From Eledone cirrhosa (taxonomy: Eukaryota), in NCBI GenBank assembly GCA_964016885.1, contig OZ024741.1, positions 350,734,001 through 350,798,000 of the forward strand: DNA of 64,000 bases, in the 5' to 3' direction. Positions within the stretch are counted from its first letter, which is position 1; every line of letters starts with the position of its first letter. Below the pieces are notes generated by a model that saw nothing but the letters and a program-made list of their open reading frames with translations, made no database searches and was not told the DNA's origin. Positions 12,803 through 25,285 of the stretch are shown here, piece by piece. A program made the translations under genes and the position numbers.

Positions 12803-13597
12803 TTAGGCGTTTCCCGCCTTATGAAAGGAGCAAGGTTGCACGCAGTGATTCGCGTTCTCAGCAAATCGTTCGTGGTACCAGCATAAAGATGAAGCTGGTG
12901 ATTTAGAACGCCGTCTAAAACTTTGCGATCTCCCGCGACTGCGGGGGCGCGAACAGCCACCGCACAAGGCCTTCATCTTGTGGAGCTCTATGGTGAGCTC
13001 CTGAATGGACCTTTGCATCGCTATAATGGTCGAGCTGTCTATTGGCGCTGCCGCGTAGATCGCATGGCCGTGTGTGGCCCGAGCTGGGTGCTGAACAGCG
13101 GCAAGGGGGTCGCTGCCTCCGGCATTCGTCACCTCGAAAACTTTGTCCGCAGATGCGGCAAGCTGATCCATCGTGATTGTATCCCTCATGGGGGCCAAAA
13201 TTGCCTGTACGTTGGTCGGCAGGCGCGAGAAGAACAACTGCTTCAGCAGGACAGTTTCCGCTGCAGACCCCTCCGTTAGGTCCTTCATTCGCCTAAGGAG
13301 GTTCGATGGGGTGCCATCCCCTATATGCTCCAGATGGACCAGAGCCCTAAATCTTTTTGCTGAAGACTGTTCTGTCCGGCTGAGTATTTCAGCCTTCAGA
13401 GACGTGTACGACGAGTCTGTGGTTGTCTCTAACACGAGGTCCTTAACCGCTGGGATAATTGCCGGCGGAATTGCGCTAAGGACCACAGAACTTTGTAGTT
13501 CCTCGTCAACTCTGTTCGCCCTGAAGAATGCTTCTAACTGGGCGAACCATAGCCTCACGTCGCCCGTGTACGTTGGCAGAACAGAGTGGGAAGCCAT
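12803..13597 (-). CDS. gag: Gypsy gag-like protein
   Basis: Uninterrupted 264-aa ORF with [12 protein letters not shown]-like [13 protein letters not shown] and C-terminal CWYH.RF...A.HC..PC. A GGGAAAC slippery site precedes the stop. Confidence 0.85.
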   Translation of the reverse strand: MASHSVLPTYTGDVRLWFAQLEAFFRANRVDEELQSSVVLSAIPPAIIPAVKDLVLETTTDSSYTSLKAEILSRTEQSSAKRFRALVHLEHIGDGTPSNLLRRMKDLTEGSAAETVLLKQLFFSRLPTNVQAILAPMRDTITMDQLAASADKVFEVTNAGGSDPLAAVQHPARATHGHAIYAAAPIDSSTIIAMQRSIQELTIELHKMKALCGGCSRPRSRGRSQSFRRRSKSPASSLCWYHERFAENANHCVQPCSFHKAGNA

Positions 13598-14058
13598 TGG
13601 TATACCGTAGGCAATCTACCGTTTGGAAAAATGTCTCTAACGCAACAGAAAAGGAAAACCAAATCGCTTATTTTTCCGTCAAACCACTGGACCGGAAAAA
13701 TAATGCATCCGGGACAATATGCAAACAAGCGATTAAGTGAATGCTGTTATACTAAGGTAAGGGCAAGGAACCTAAAAAAAAAATCCAACATGGCGGACTA
13801 TTTCGCGCCAAAAACACTATTGATGGAGAAGAGAGACTCCATCTTGTCGTCCTCAAAAAATTTTAGCCAGAGAAGAGAAGGGCAGAAAAGGAGAGAAAAA
13901 AAAGGCAAAAACATTTATACAATTGCTGTTTGTCTGTGTGTCAATAATTGTAGGTGTTCGTTTTGTATTAAATTGTTATATTTTCTATTTTTCTTCTGTC
14001 TTTCTTTTTTTCTATTATATACACCGTATACCATTTCCCATTCTTTTTTTTTTTTTTA

Positions 14059-14077
14059 ATCACGTCGGGGGTCACCA
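14059..14077 (-). promoter_or_regulatory. Primer-binding site complementary to the tRNA-Trp 3' end
   Basis: Minus strand reads tggtgacccccgacgtgat one base after the 5' LTR. From memory it matches eukaryotic tRNA-Trp ..AUCACGUCGGGGUCACCA with one extra C. Confidence 0.8.
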
Positions 14078-14649
14078 CTTTAGGAGATTAGGATCGGTGT
14101 ACATATAAAATTATTACAAAAGACAGTAAATACCGGTGTGTGTTGTGATAATGTTTTTACTTCATAGAAGTCAAAGGTATTAAATATAATGGTGCGTTAC
14201 CCGATGGTCACAACTCCAGGCTGAAGTGTGTAGAGAAAAGAAGAGATCTTTTCTATCTGGTATTAACATCTTAGGCTCTCAGGCTGCAAGTTGCATTGTT
14301 CTTGGTAGCGAAGGATTATCAAAAGGGAATCATCTCAGGCTAAGGTCGCAGGTGTTACCACTTCGGAAATCAGGAGGCAAGAGAGAGATATCGTGGTGAC
14401 CTGTTCCTTTTATAGGAGGTGACCGGAAGTGACCAACAGGGAGTCTGTCAATCCCAAAGGGAAGCAACTCCAGCTACTTCCTGTCTAGAGAGCGGTGATG
14501 AGATTGTCATGACAAGGGAGGCAACTCTTGCTACACAGGTAATATACACATCTAGGACAACATACAACAAAAGGCAAGCGAAAGGGGTGGAGAAACGAAC
14601 CGCTGCCAGAACGAAAAATAAAAGTATCGCGAGGAGCACTGGGAAACCT

Positions 14650-14880
14650 CTCTAATATTTTTAGGCAAGCCAGCACGCTCGCAACGTTACATCGGGTGAT
14701 GGCGTGACTGATGCGCTGGAACAGCCAAGCGCCCTCACGAGCATCACCAGTTACCTCGGTTATGCGTGCTGCCAGTGAAGATAGGAATCTCGCAGTCAGT
14801 AACCCGACTCCCCCAAACGTCTCGAACGCCACAGGCTGGAAAATGTAGTTAGCCGACAGATCACGGTATCACAAACGTTT
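14650..14880 (-). mobile_element. Second CRE-like RLE 3' fragment
   Basis: YRDLSANYIFQPVAFETFGGVG..FL..L..R..VTGDAREGAWLFQRISHAITRCNVASVL. Confidence 0.7.
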
Positions 14881-15079
14881 TTGTCCGGAATTTTTGGATA
14901 TTTCTGTGTCTAAGGCGACCAGCTTCCGAGGAAGTTGTTCGTTTATTCCCTTATCTTTAACTCCTAATGGGTTAAAGTTGCATTTGTTTTGTGGCTCTAC
15001 CCCCGCCCCCAATTTAAAAAGAAAACATGACGGCTACCGAACTTTCTTCTCCTAGGAAGAGCTTCAATGAGTGCACGAG

Positions 15080-15270
15080 AAAACAACAACGTCGATACTG
15101 TCACCACCACCACTACTGTCACCACTACCACTACTGTTACCACCATCACTACAGACAACACCAACAAGACCACCGTCGCCAACAACAACAAAAGCAGCAG
15201 CAGCAACAACAACGGCAACAAAAACAACAGAAGAAACAACAGCAACAACAATGCCAACAACATCATCTTA
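15080..15270. repeat. Compound (CAC/CAA/CAG) trinucleotide microsatellite
   Basis: Visible degenerate triplet array that generates spurious low-complexity ORFs. Confidence 0.85.
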
Positions 15271-15399
15271 GCACGGGAAAATACATGACAGAATTCCCGA
15301 AGTTAACACCGCCAACACCACCACAAAAACTTCCAATTAATAAAATAAACACGACAAAAAACATCACTAACAACAATACTAATACGAAAGGCTCATTTT

Positions 15400-16100
15400 G
15401 TATATTAAGAGATGAATCCTGCAGAATCAATTCCTTCCATTCTCTATTTGTTGATATTGATCTTCGTGTACAAGGTTGTAAAATATCATTGTCAATGATA
15501 TGATCGAGTTTGGTTTACCTTCAATAACATTGGTTAGGTCTAAAGCTACTAGAAGAAGTTGCTTGTTGGTAGAAATGTCCATTGTTTCATCTACAACGAG
15601 GGAGAATTTTGTTGAATATAGCTTAGACATTAAATCATTGCAAGCATGGAGACAGATCACATTTGAAAAAACACAAGTTCTATTAGTTCTTGTGCAGTTG
15701 ATGTCTTTGGCGATGTTTTAATCAGAGCATACGTTGGCAATAAGGCTAGGCAAATGATCCAAAATAGAAATGGGTAGGTTGTGCTCAGCAATAAATCCGC
15801 ACAGTTTCAGCTCAGCTGATATTATTTTCGTTAAGTGAGCAGAACATTAAGCAGGCTTTATGAAATCTGTCACCTTTATTGTTTGTTTTGTTACTTTCGC
15901 ATTCTTTTGATGTTTTTCTGTCTCTTCATACCTTACTATTTGACTTAAGCTACCAACTATCTCACTATTGCACAATTTACAGAAGCTTTTACTTGCCTTC
16001 TTTATACTCAATTCCAGCCACGATGAAAATTTCTCATCGTTTAATAATTTTGACGGAACTTTTCTTTCGTAGAAAGTGGATTTCATTTTATTTTTTTCTG
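15400..16100 (-). pseudogene. hAT-family transposase remnant (N-terminal zinc finger and first catalytic Asp region)
   Basis: FSSWL..FCKLCN....HQKNAK, AELKLCGFIAEHNLPISILDHL and FSLVVDETMDISTNKQL, interrupted by stops and frameshifts. Confidence 0.72.
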
Positions 16101-16520
16101 AGGAAGAGTGTTTTTCGTCACTATCAAAATGATATTTTATATTCCCTTTTTTTCCATTCATGGTAGTTCGAAATGTTTCCCCCAAAATCAAAAAGTTCAG
16201 ATATTGAAAGATGACACCACCAAAGCATAAGGCAAATTGTACTGATACGGTTATCTTCCAGGAATTCATCTTAATCTCGTCGTCTCTCCAAAGCTTCAAC
16301 GACCTAAGAAAGATAAAGAGAGAGTCTGGGGCGGCAGAACAAAGGAATAGTAGATAAATTCAGAGAAAGTCAATGATGGGTCGCGAGAAGAAAGGGATAG
16401 AGAATACAGAGAAACTCGAGTTGGCGAGAAAAGAGAACAATCAATGTTATATAAGAACCATGTGTTACTATTTTAGTATAATTAAATACTTTATTTTAGT
16501 AAATCCTCTACAATTCTTCA

Positions 16521-16740
16521 TTAACCCTTTAGCATTTAAACCGGCCGTATCCGGCCAGAATTCTCTCACCTCTTTCTATTAAAACTGGCCATAACCATAC
16601 TGATGTTAATGTATTCTTCTCAAAATAGACAATATCAAAATCTCATAGATTCGATATTATGTGAGATAATTATGTGAAATAAAATGTTTACCATAAAATA
16701 AAATAGTAAATATAGAGTAATGTAAATGCTAAACGGTTAA
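16521..16740. mobile_element. piggyBac-like MITE (TTAA TSD); second copy 33638-33866, partial inverted copy ~45007-45128
   Basis: ttaa-ccctttagcattta..taaatgctaaacgg-ttaa, with the body shared between copies. Confidence 0.85.
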
Positions 16741-16806
16741 TCTTTTTTATACTAAATCACTTGAGACCACTCCTGGTTCTAAGATACAACGCTATTTATT
16801 TTTAAG

Positions 16807-17270
16807 TCTTTATCTCCTTATAATATATAACCAGCAATTTCTCTGTTTGTCTGTCTGTCTGACAGTGGAAACACGTGCGCGCGTGCGAATGTTTTTTGCG
16901 CACGCGTAGAGAGAGAGTGAGAGTGAAAGAAAGAGACAGACTACGAGAGGGGGGAGGGAGAGAGGGAGAGAGAGAGAGTGAATAGACGCTAAAACACGTG
17001 CGTGCGTGCGAATGTTTTTTGCGCACGCGTAGAGAGAGAGAGTGAGAGTGAAAGAAAGAGACAGACTACAAGAGGGGGATAGCGGGAGAGAGAGAGGGGG
17101 TAATTGAGGAGTGCTACAGAAACATATATACATTTCTGTGTGTGTGTAATATATATATATATACACACACAGAAATATATATATATACACACAGAAATAT
17201 ATATACATTTCTGTGTGTGTAATATATATATATATACACACAGAAATATATATACATTTCTGTGTGTGTA

Positions 17271-17301
<31 letters not shown>

Positions 17302-17434
17302 GAAATATATATACATTTCTGTGTGTGTAATATATATATATATATATATACACACACAGAAATATATATACATTTCTGTGTGTGTAATATATATATACTA
17401 GCAGAAAACCACACGGTGGGTGGTTTTCTGCTAG
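16807..17434 (+). mobile_element. Putative non-autonomous Helitron with internal tandem repeats
   Basis: TC start followed by ..tataatatataa..gtctgtctg, and a 3' end gtggttttctgCTAG. Contains a ~120-bp internal duplication and ~40-bp hairpin-forming repeats at 17115-17395. Confidence 0.5.
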
Positions 17435-18339
17435 TCTATATATATAAAACTGAGGATGTCTGTGTGTGTGTGTGTGTGTGTGTGAGTTTGAATCCCTAAA
17501 ACTCGAGAACCACCCAACGGACTGTTTTCAAACTTTACACATGTAATACTTATGTTTCAGGGAGTGTTCTGAGCAAATTTTCAATGCCCTAGGGACCACA
17601 TTAGGCGATTTAGCGATCTCTCTCTTTAATTCTTAGTCTTTCTATTTTTAGATAGATACATACATATAACGTCGCGCCCTTAAAATATCTGTCTGTATGT
17701 CTAGCTGTCTGCATTACGTTACTTCCCTGAGGATGTCTGTCTGTGTGTGTGTGTCTGAGTTTGAATCCCTAAAACTCGAGAAGTACCCAACCGATGTTTT
17801 TCAAACTTTACATGTGTATTACTTATGTTTCAGGGAGTGTTATGCACATAAAAAATTCAACTTTTTGATCTCTTAGGTGAAAAACTGCGTTTTTAAAGCT
17901 TTTTAGGGGTCTTTTGAGGCGTTACGTCAGACCAATTTCCTTGAAATTGTAACTATGTATTAATCAGTCTCTTTTTCATACCGTGAGCAAAGAAAATCCA
18001 ACTTTTTTATGGCCTAGGGCCCGCATTAGGTGAAAAACTTCATTTATTCAGCTTTTTAGGGCTTTTTGGAGGCGTTACGTCTAGCCGATTTTCCCGAAAT
18101 TTCAAGGCATATGCACATAAAAAAAATTCATTTTCTTGATCCCTTAGAGCCCGCATTATGTAAAATCCTGCATTTTTCCTGCTTCATCGAGGAAAATCTT
18201 AAAGATTATCCAGCCATCAGAGTATTCGGTTTATTTTCTTTACATATTGTCCAGGCATACATTTTTTCCACGATTAGGTCTGTTGGCGGCTCGCCTTCCA
18301 AAATACCTTATCTCGTGCAACGCCGGGTACCACTGCTTG
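17435..18339 (+). mobile_element. Non-autonomous Helitron, copy 1
   Basis: 5' TCtatatatataaaactgagg and 3' hairpin (c)tcgtgcaacgccggg plus accactgCTTG. Colinear with the inverted copy at 33886-34788. Confidence 0.8.
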
Positions 18340-19744
18340 TTATAGCTAAAGTTGACTGCTTTCTATTACATAGTATGAAATTACTGAATAACGAACGTGA
18401 GACACTGTAGTTATGGTAGGAAGGGGGTAGAGGTAGACATGTATTGATGATAGGAGCAGGGCTGGGTAGAGACACTAGTTATGGTGGGAGACAAGCATGT
18501 AGTGATAGTTGGAGAAGGAGCAGACACTGTAGTGATGATGGGAGGTGGGTGGTGTGGAGAATAACCATATAGTGGTGATAGGAGGAGGGCAAACATGTGG
18601 TGATGGTGAGGGAGGGGGGACATACAATATGTCATACACAGAAGGATCACCGTATTGTGATCTGTCGAGTCCTTGATGTTGTCAGACCATCTCTGGTAGT
18701 CAGATCTCTGAACTCTGTCACACCTAGAATGGTCAGTGTTTTGACCTGTCCAGTCTTTAATCGTGTCAAACCAGCTCTGGCCATCAGCGATCACTACCAA
18801 TCTTTGTACTCCATCATACACAGAAAGGTCACAGTTTTGAGAACTGTCCAATCCTTGATGTTGTCAGACCAGCTCTGGTAGTCAGCAATAACCACTGGTC
18901 TCTGCCAGTCCTTGATATTGTCAGACAACCTCAGGCCATCAATCACCATTGATGTCTGTTATACGCAGAAAGGTCAGAGTTCCTGCTTGCCAGTATATCT
19001 GGTGACTTGCTGTCTACAAAGCTTTTCATTCCAGCACAACCAGTTATTGACACTGAACCATAGACTTGCCTAGCTGGTAGATTAGGTTAATAAAATAAAA
19101 TTGCAGAGAATCTAGGCAACTAGTATTAAATATCATCTTATCTATTGCGAATGTAAAAGAATTCAAACAAAATGATTGATTAACAGACATGACTAAATTA
19201 AGTTTATAAATATTTACAGAATATATTATTCTTTTACTGGTTTCAGTTATTAAAATGCAGTCATACTAGGTCGCTGACTTAAAGTCAACGTTCCCCCACT
19301 TACATATCTCTCTCCACCACCGGATCTTGTTACCCGTAGATTAACCCATTTGCATTGTCGAGGCTTCCAAACGACTTAAAGAAATTTACCTTATCATTCC
19401 ACAATGCTTCAAGCAAACTTCAATACTCTCTTATATATATATACACACACATACATATATATAATTACGGTATGTGCGCATTTCTTCTAAGTTTAATTTT
19501 ACTACTAATTACGTGCGGTTGACGATATGTTTGATCGGATTCTGCATGCTGCCGAAGTGTTTGATAAATAATGGAACGGAGTTAACGCGAACTGGCTGCG
19601 ATCAATTATTTGTCGGAGATTTCCCAGTTAGAAAATTTACTCTTAAAGCTTGCTGGATTTGATTATGTATATGGTTAATTATGCTGATTAGAGGAAGAAA
19701 TAGTATATATTTTAATATCTGATTGATTCTATAGACACGTTTTA

Positions 19745-19804
<60 letters not shown>

Positions 19805-19886
19805 GTGTGTATAATGGTAGCTATGGTGCTTCCATAGGCGGTATGTAAAATTAGCACTCAATATTCATACAGAGCAGAGTGGGAAT

Positions 19887-20358
19887 AGTATAAAAAAACG
19901 AAAAATCAGTGATGCATCTGGACTCAGTTTATTGCGTGTTACAATTGTTTCGCCGGCGGGTAGCTCGAGACATGATCACTGTATGGATCTGGCTGATTCT
20001 ACGGCTGCAGGTTCCTTCGGACACTTGCAATTCGTTCGGAGCAAATTTTCTCACTGGGGTGTTATCGTCAAAAAACACCTTCAAAAAACATCTTCCACTC
20101 TTGTCATGCCATTGACGTAGAAAAACAACAGCCAATGGCATGACAAGAGTGGAAGATGTTTTTTGAATGTGTTTTTTTACGATAACACCCCAGTGAGAAA
20201 ATTTGGTCAGAACGAATTGCATGTGTCCGAAGGAACCTGCAGCCGTAGAATCAGCCAGATCCATACAGTGATCATGTCTCGAGCTACCTGCCGGCGAAAC
20301 AATTGTAACACGCAATAAACTGAGTCCAGATGCATCACTGATTTTTCGTTTTTTTATA

Positions 20359-20360
<2 letters not shown>
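19887..20360. mobile_element. Fold-back cassette (~228-bp arms, 18-bp loop) carrying HHR variants, next to (TC)n/(TA)n
   Basis: 19887-20114 is the reverse complement of 20133-20360 with a few mismatches. Each arm has an HHR-like motif followed by AATAAA pointing outward. Confidence 0.8.
20223..20311 (+). ncRNA. Hammerhead-like variant (CCGAAGGA core, long stem II); mirror copy at 19936-20024 (-)
   Basis: gtgt-CCGAAGGA-acc..ggc-GAAA-caattg-TA-acac. Stem I and the palindromic stem III are intact but the core is non-canonical. Confidence 0.55.
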
Positions 20361-20437
<77 letters not shown>

Positions 20438-20571
20438 TATAGATAGATAGATATGTTTCTTTTATTTGCCACCAGGGCATCAAAAGTGGGACAAGTACAA
20501 TAGATAGATAGATAGATAGATAAATATACACGGGTGTGTATGATTGTGTATAGAAGATTATATTAATAAGA

Positions 20572-20952
20572 GGAATTCCAACTTTGTCTGATTTACTCGT
20601 TTTATTTACAATCCTTTAAAATTTATAATGGTATTATAATGAAATAGTATGATAGAATATTAAATTCTAAGTGTTAATTGAACAAGTACTTTCATGCTTT
20701 CGCAATCTTCAGGTTCATAATATGTGGTGACAGTCAAGTTTGTAATTTTCAACTGTAGAAAATTTCAACAGTTGAAAATTGCAAACTTGACTGTCACCAC
20801 ATATTATGAACCTGAAGATTGCGAAAGCATGAAAGTACTTGTTCAATTAACACTTAGAATGTAATATTCTATCATACTATTTCATTATAATACCATTATA
20901 AATTTTAAAGGATTGTAAATAAAACGAGTAAATCAGACAAAGTTGGAATTCC
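20572..20952. mobile_element. Fold-back cassette (~184-bp arms, 13-bp loop) with minimal HHRs, abutting (TA)n
   Basis: 20572-20755 is the near-perfect reverse complement of 20769-20952. Confidence 0.85.
20807..20845 (+). ncRNA. Minimal hammerhead ribozyme; mirror copy at 20679-20717 (-)
   Basis: tgaac-CTGAAGA-ttgc(gaaa)gcat-GAAA-gtac-TT-gttca. Confidence 0.8.
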
Positions 20953-20954
20953 CC

Positions 20955-21115
<161 letters not shown>

Positions 21116-21171
21116 CATACATATATATATATATATATACATACATATATATATATATATATGTGTGTGTG

Positions 21172-21345
21172 TGGATTGGCAGTATTGGTAGAGGGTCAGA
21201 CGCCATGCTTTGCAGCACAGTTACGTCCCTTTACGGACTGAGTTCAAATCCCGCCGAGGTTAACTTTGCCTTTCATCCTTACGGGGTCGATTAAATAAAG
21301 TACCAGTAATACACTGGGATAATTGTGCCAAAAGTAGAAACAATT
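21172..21345 (+). mobile_element. tRNA-type SINE
   Basis: ggattggcagtattggtaga..gagttcaaatcccgccgaggttaactttgcctttcatcc, the same family as 9622-9809. Confidence 0.8.
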
Positions 21346-22029
21346 ATATATTCGTGTACAGATATTTTTGCATATACAATAACAAAATATAAACAAACGT
21401 ATTTATTTCACGAGGCTCGATAAGGATAAATATATATCAAATATATAAGAATCCTAGAGCAAATCCCGAGCAACGACGAGCCATTCTGCTAGTATTTATC
21501 TAAAAATCTTCCATCATAATTTCATGTGAGAACCCTTGTTAAGTTGTGTTCTAAACACCAGCGTCCTAATGAGAAAGTTAGTTTATAACTAACTCTATCC
21601 AAATTCATGATCAATTTCCAAATGATTTGAAAATAATAGACAGTGTCTTTCATTAGAATTAGGATAATAAAGGGATTATATAATTTGAACAGAATGCATT
21701 TCATTGAAAATACAGTCATGAATGGGCTGAAATATTTATTGTTTCTCTGTTCTCCATTTTGCATTAACAACCATATTCACTTTTGACTGTACAACCATCA
21801 TTCCAGAAACAGTTTGCTTTGCAACGTCTCATTTATTGTTATAATTTCCTTCCCCCAATCCAACTATTATCTGTTCTCCATGACACTAACACGTTACAAC
21901 AGCTATTTCTACATTCTCTCTAAGTCCTCTTTGTTCTCTAATTTCTATTGCCAACCTTTCACCATTTCAATAATCTTATTATTTTACGTATTGTTTCAAA
22001 GTATACAGAAAAAAAAGGTATATAAATAG

Positions 22030-22330
22030 GTACAGACATGGCTGTGTGGTTAAGGAGTTCGCTTTGCAACCACATTGTTTCGGTTTTAGTCCCATTGCAT
22101 GGCACCTTAGGCAAGTGTCTTCCAATATACTCTTCGATTGATTAATACGTTGTGAATGAAATTTGGAAGCTCATCATGTGTGTGTGTGTGTATGTGTGCG
22201 CGCGCATCTCTATCTGTGTTTATGTCCTGTAATTTAGCAATTCATCAAAAGGTCGTCCCACCATGGTCGCAGTCTAATAACTAAAACCAATACAGTGTCC
22301 CAGCATGACCGCAATCTAATGACTGAAACT
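22030..22330 (+). mobile_element. Degenerate SINE of a second family; related head at 52615-52740
   Basis: cagacatggctgtgtggttaag..ttcgctttgcaaccac..gtcccattgcatggcaccttaggcaagtgtcttc: a tRNA-like head and CORE-like body. Confidence 0.6.
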
Positions 22331-23067
22331 AGTAAACGAATAAAAGAATATTGTTTGAAAAGAAAAATATATTCATATTTTTATGACTCAAAATAAAGTA
22401 CAAAAGATCCATTTGTTTGATTAGCAAACGTTTTTCCAACAAATTTCTTTCAATCCTTTTATTTATCTTTACTGGCGAACACCGTTTGTCCACTACTTCT
22501 CTCAGTGTTATCAACAATGAATTTACTCTGTTGATTAGTATTGTCAAAAAACTCTTAAGTTAATGAATACTTCTTTTAAAATATATTTCAATTAAGATAT
22601 TCACAAAAGATATCTTAATCTGAAGACGCCTTAGAAAATGTTTTGTTTCTGGTATGGACAATTTAAAAGCTTTTTGGGGATGGGTGGAGTTCTCATTGAC
22701 CCATGAGAAAACTTTCATTATCTCATCTCAGCCGATCTTCCGACTAAGCCAGGGAAGCATACTCGTGTATAAATAGCTTCTGTACTGACTTTTCAATCAG
22801 AGTTTATTCTGAGATCTCAATGACTCAGAATAAACTTTCATTGAAAAGCCAGAGATGTTCTAAAGTAGCCAGGCAGACATTTTTGTGACATAGTCATAGG
22901 GAGTGGCAGTGACTCTCATCTTTGCAGCTCCTTCTATATGGGTGATCTTAAATCGACAGAGTCATTAGGACATTGAATTAAATAATTCAATATTTGTCTT
23001 GGCTCTTTGTGCTCAGGGTTCAAATCCCACTTCCAGTCACCAGAAAAACACTGATAGTTCTGCCAGG

Positions 23068-23325
23068 AGTTGTGACTGGAAGATAGTATCAGCAATGGAA
23101 AAACCAAAGGAAGCATAGTTTTCTTGGTCCGATCTGGTGATCGACCCTTTCCTTTTCTGACAAGAATTGTGACAAGCAGATAGTATCAGCAATTGAAAAA
23201 TCAATGGGAACATAGTTTCCTTGGTTTGATTTGATGATCGGCCCTTTTCCTTTTTCGTCATGAGTTATGACAAGCAAATAGTATCAGCAATGGAAACAGT
23301 TTCTTTGGTCGAAGCTGACCATCGG
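23068..23325. repeat. ~97-bp degenerate tandem repeat, about 3 copies
   Basis: atagtatcagcaat recurs near 23083, 23180 and 23278 with similar flanks. Confidence 0.75.
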
Positions 23326-25120
23326 TTTTTTTTTTTTTCGTCTTTTTTTTACTTGTTAGATTAATTTGGTTAATGTCCAGTTTGAACATCTATAGCCGAT
23401 GAAAGGCGAAGTGGATCTCGGTGAAATTTGAACTCAGGACGTAAACAACTGGAACAAATACTGCTCTGGCATGTTTACTACCCCCACTCTCACCCTACAC
23501 TAGATTAAAAAAGAGAAAATAAGATAAATCTCTCAAAATTATTCATTATTTTCAGAATTATTTTAAAATCACGGCAATGAAAGGGTTGACTCGATAAGTA
23601 TATGTAGCGATGAAGGTTACCAATGTAACGATGAAATTTTGTTGGTTTTTATTGGTGGTGAGAATTGGTGTGAATTGATATTTGTCCGTTGTTTGGTGTT
23701 TTGTGTTCATTGCGCGGGGCAGAAGTTTTAGTAATAATTTATTGTTGACTTGATGGCTGATTATGTATAGTGTTGGTCTGTCTCATATAAAGCGCTGGTG
23801 TGATATGCCGTTGAATGAACAAATAAAACATAATTGCTACTTCAATATATTTATTCAATTATATAGCCTGCTACGGGACTATTGTTGACAAAGTGAGAAA
23901 ACAAAGCTTAAGTTGTTGTGATATATGCGTGTGTGCAACGATTCAAAAGATGGTATTTACAGTACTACTGTAATGTAATGAATTTCGTTGGTCGGGGGGG
24001 GGGGGGGGGAGAACTACATCTTGGAATCAACTCTAGCTCCTTGCTTTGACTCTGGAAGCCAGCTATTTATCACTATCCTTCATTCTGCCTCCGGAACACA
24101 AGATATACTAGATGACTGTTTGGTATGGCAAAATCTTAGACATATTGGCGACTTTAAATCGGTTCACAATAGAAACTTATCTATGAGGCCACCAAAGGTC
24201 ATTATAACTGTGGCCACTTGGTAGTGTGAAAGAAACTCTATTGAGGAGAGTAACAAATTACAACTACATATATAGTTCATGACCCATATGCATCGGCATA
24301 ATTTAAATGTTGACACTGGCCTATTTATTTCATCAACTTCCCTTTAAGTACTGTTATACCATCAGTGTGATCAAATTATTAAGATTATATCACTGACGTA
24401 ACCTTTCCAACTAGCTTTGTTATACACAGTTGAACAATTAAAAAAATCACTGTCTTCCTTTCAACACTGATTTAGTAAATGGGGAGGGAGGAGAAAGCCC
24501 TCTGATCAGTGCCGACATTTTGGTATTTAATGTTCTCGGTTAGTTGAACATCCCCTCTCAATTATGCGCCATATTCTCCCAAATAAAATAATTTCAACTT
24601 ACAGTCTGATATGCTGACAAACCTAGTTTTCTACATTTCTTGCTCTGACCACGTTAAAAATTTATTAATCCAGCATTGTCCATTGCACAGTCGATACTCA
24701 TCCACGCTAAATCAAATAACGGGTCATGATAATACTACACAACCCTCTTCCTCTCTTTGAATATTTCCACAATGTTTGGTGGTTTATTTATTGATCGCAA
24801 GAAATTATTATATATTTAAATTAATTATACGAACTTGTTTCAAGATATGCTCTTTTAAGCTTCAATATTGCGTCTTCCTTTTTCAAAGAAGTGTTTAAGC
24901 TCAAAACAACAAAGAACCTAATAACTACAGTTGTACACCTTGTCTTTCATGTTGTTGTACTTTCTTAGGTGTACACACACACACACACACTCACACACAC
25001 TTTGACGTTAGCAGTCACACATTTGGCGTGGAAGACTATTCATTAGATTTAAGATGAATTCTCTCTCAAACAGTAATGCCACAACTACCAGCCTTGTTAG
25101 ATAACTGGTTGTATTTTCTG

Positions 25121-25285
25121 TGGATTGGCAGTATCGGTAGAGTCGAACTCCATGATCTGAGTTCAAATCCCACCGAGGTTAACTTTGCCTTTCATCCTTA
25201 CGGGGTTGATAAAATAAAGTACCCGTCACGCACTGGGGTCGATTTAATCGACTTTCCCCTCCCCCAAAACTGCTGGCCTTGTGAG
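25121..25285 (+). mobile_element. tRNA-type SINE
   Basis: Same head and core as 21172-21345. Confidence 0.75.

Larger units (their letters stand above)
9935..14535 (-). mobile_element. Gypsy/Ty3 LTR retrotransposon with paired LTRs, CAGG TSD and an internal deletion
   Basis: LTRs at 9935-10359 and 14079-14535 are nearly identical. cagg flanks both ends. PBS at 14059-14077 and PPT at ~10360-10373. gag, PR (FLVDTGAS), RT (YIDD), partial RNase H (VDAS) and the integrase C-terminal GPY tail are present. Confidence 0.95.

Noticed and set aside
14997-15503. Poly-Q/H/T ORFs
   Set aside because: Translation of a trinucleotide microsatellite.
18410-19050. ORF 18411-18851 with internal repeats
   Set aside because: Degenerate tandem duplications (gatgttgtcagacc..) with no recognisable protein motif or splice support.
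21465-21492. Helitron 3' end (cccgagcaacgacgag..ctgctag|t)
   Set aside because: Only a decayed terminus is present and no matching 5' end was found.
22790-22848. ~25-bp-arm imperfect hairpin as a pre-miRNA or MITE
   Set aside because: Short, AT-rich and single copy in this window, with no supporting TSD or motif.
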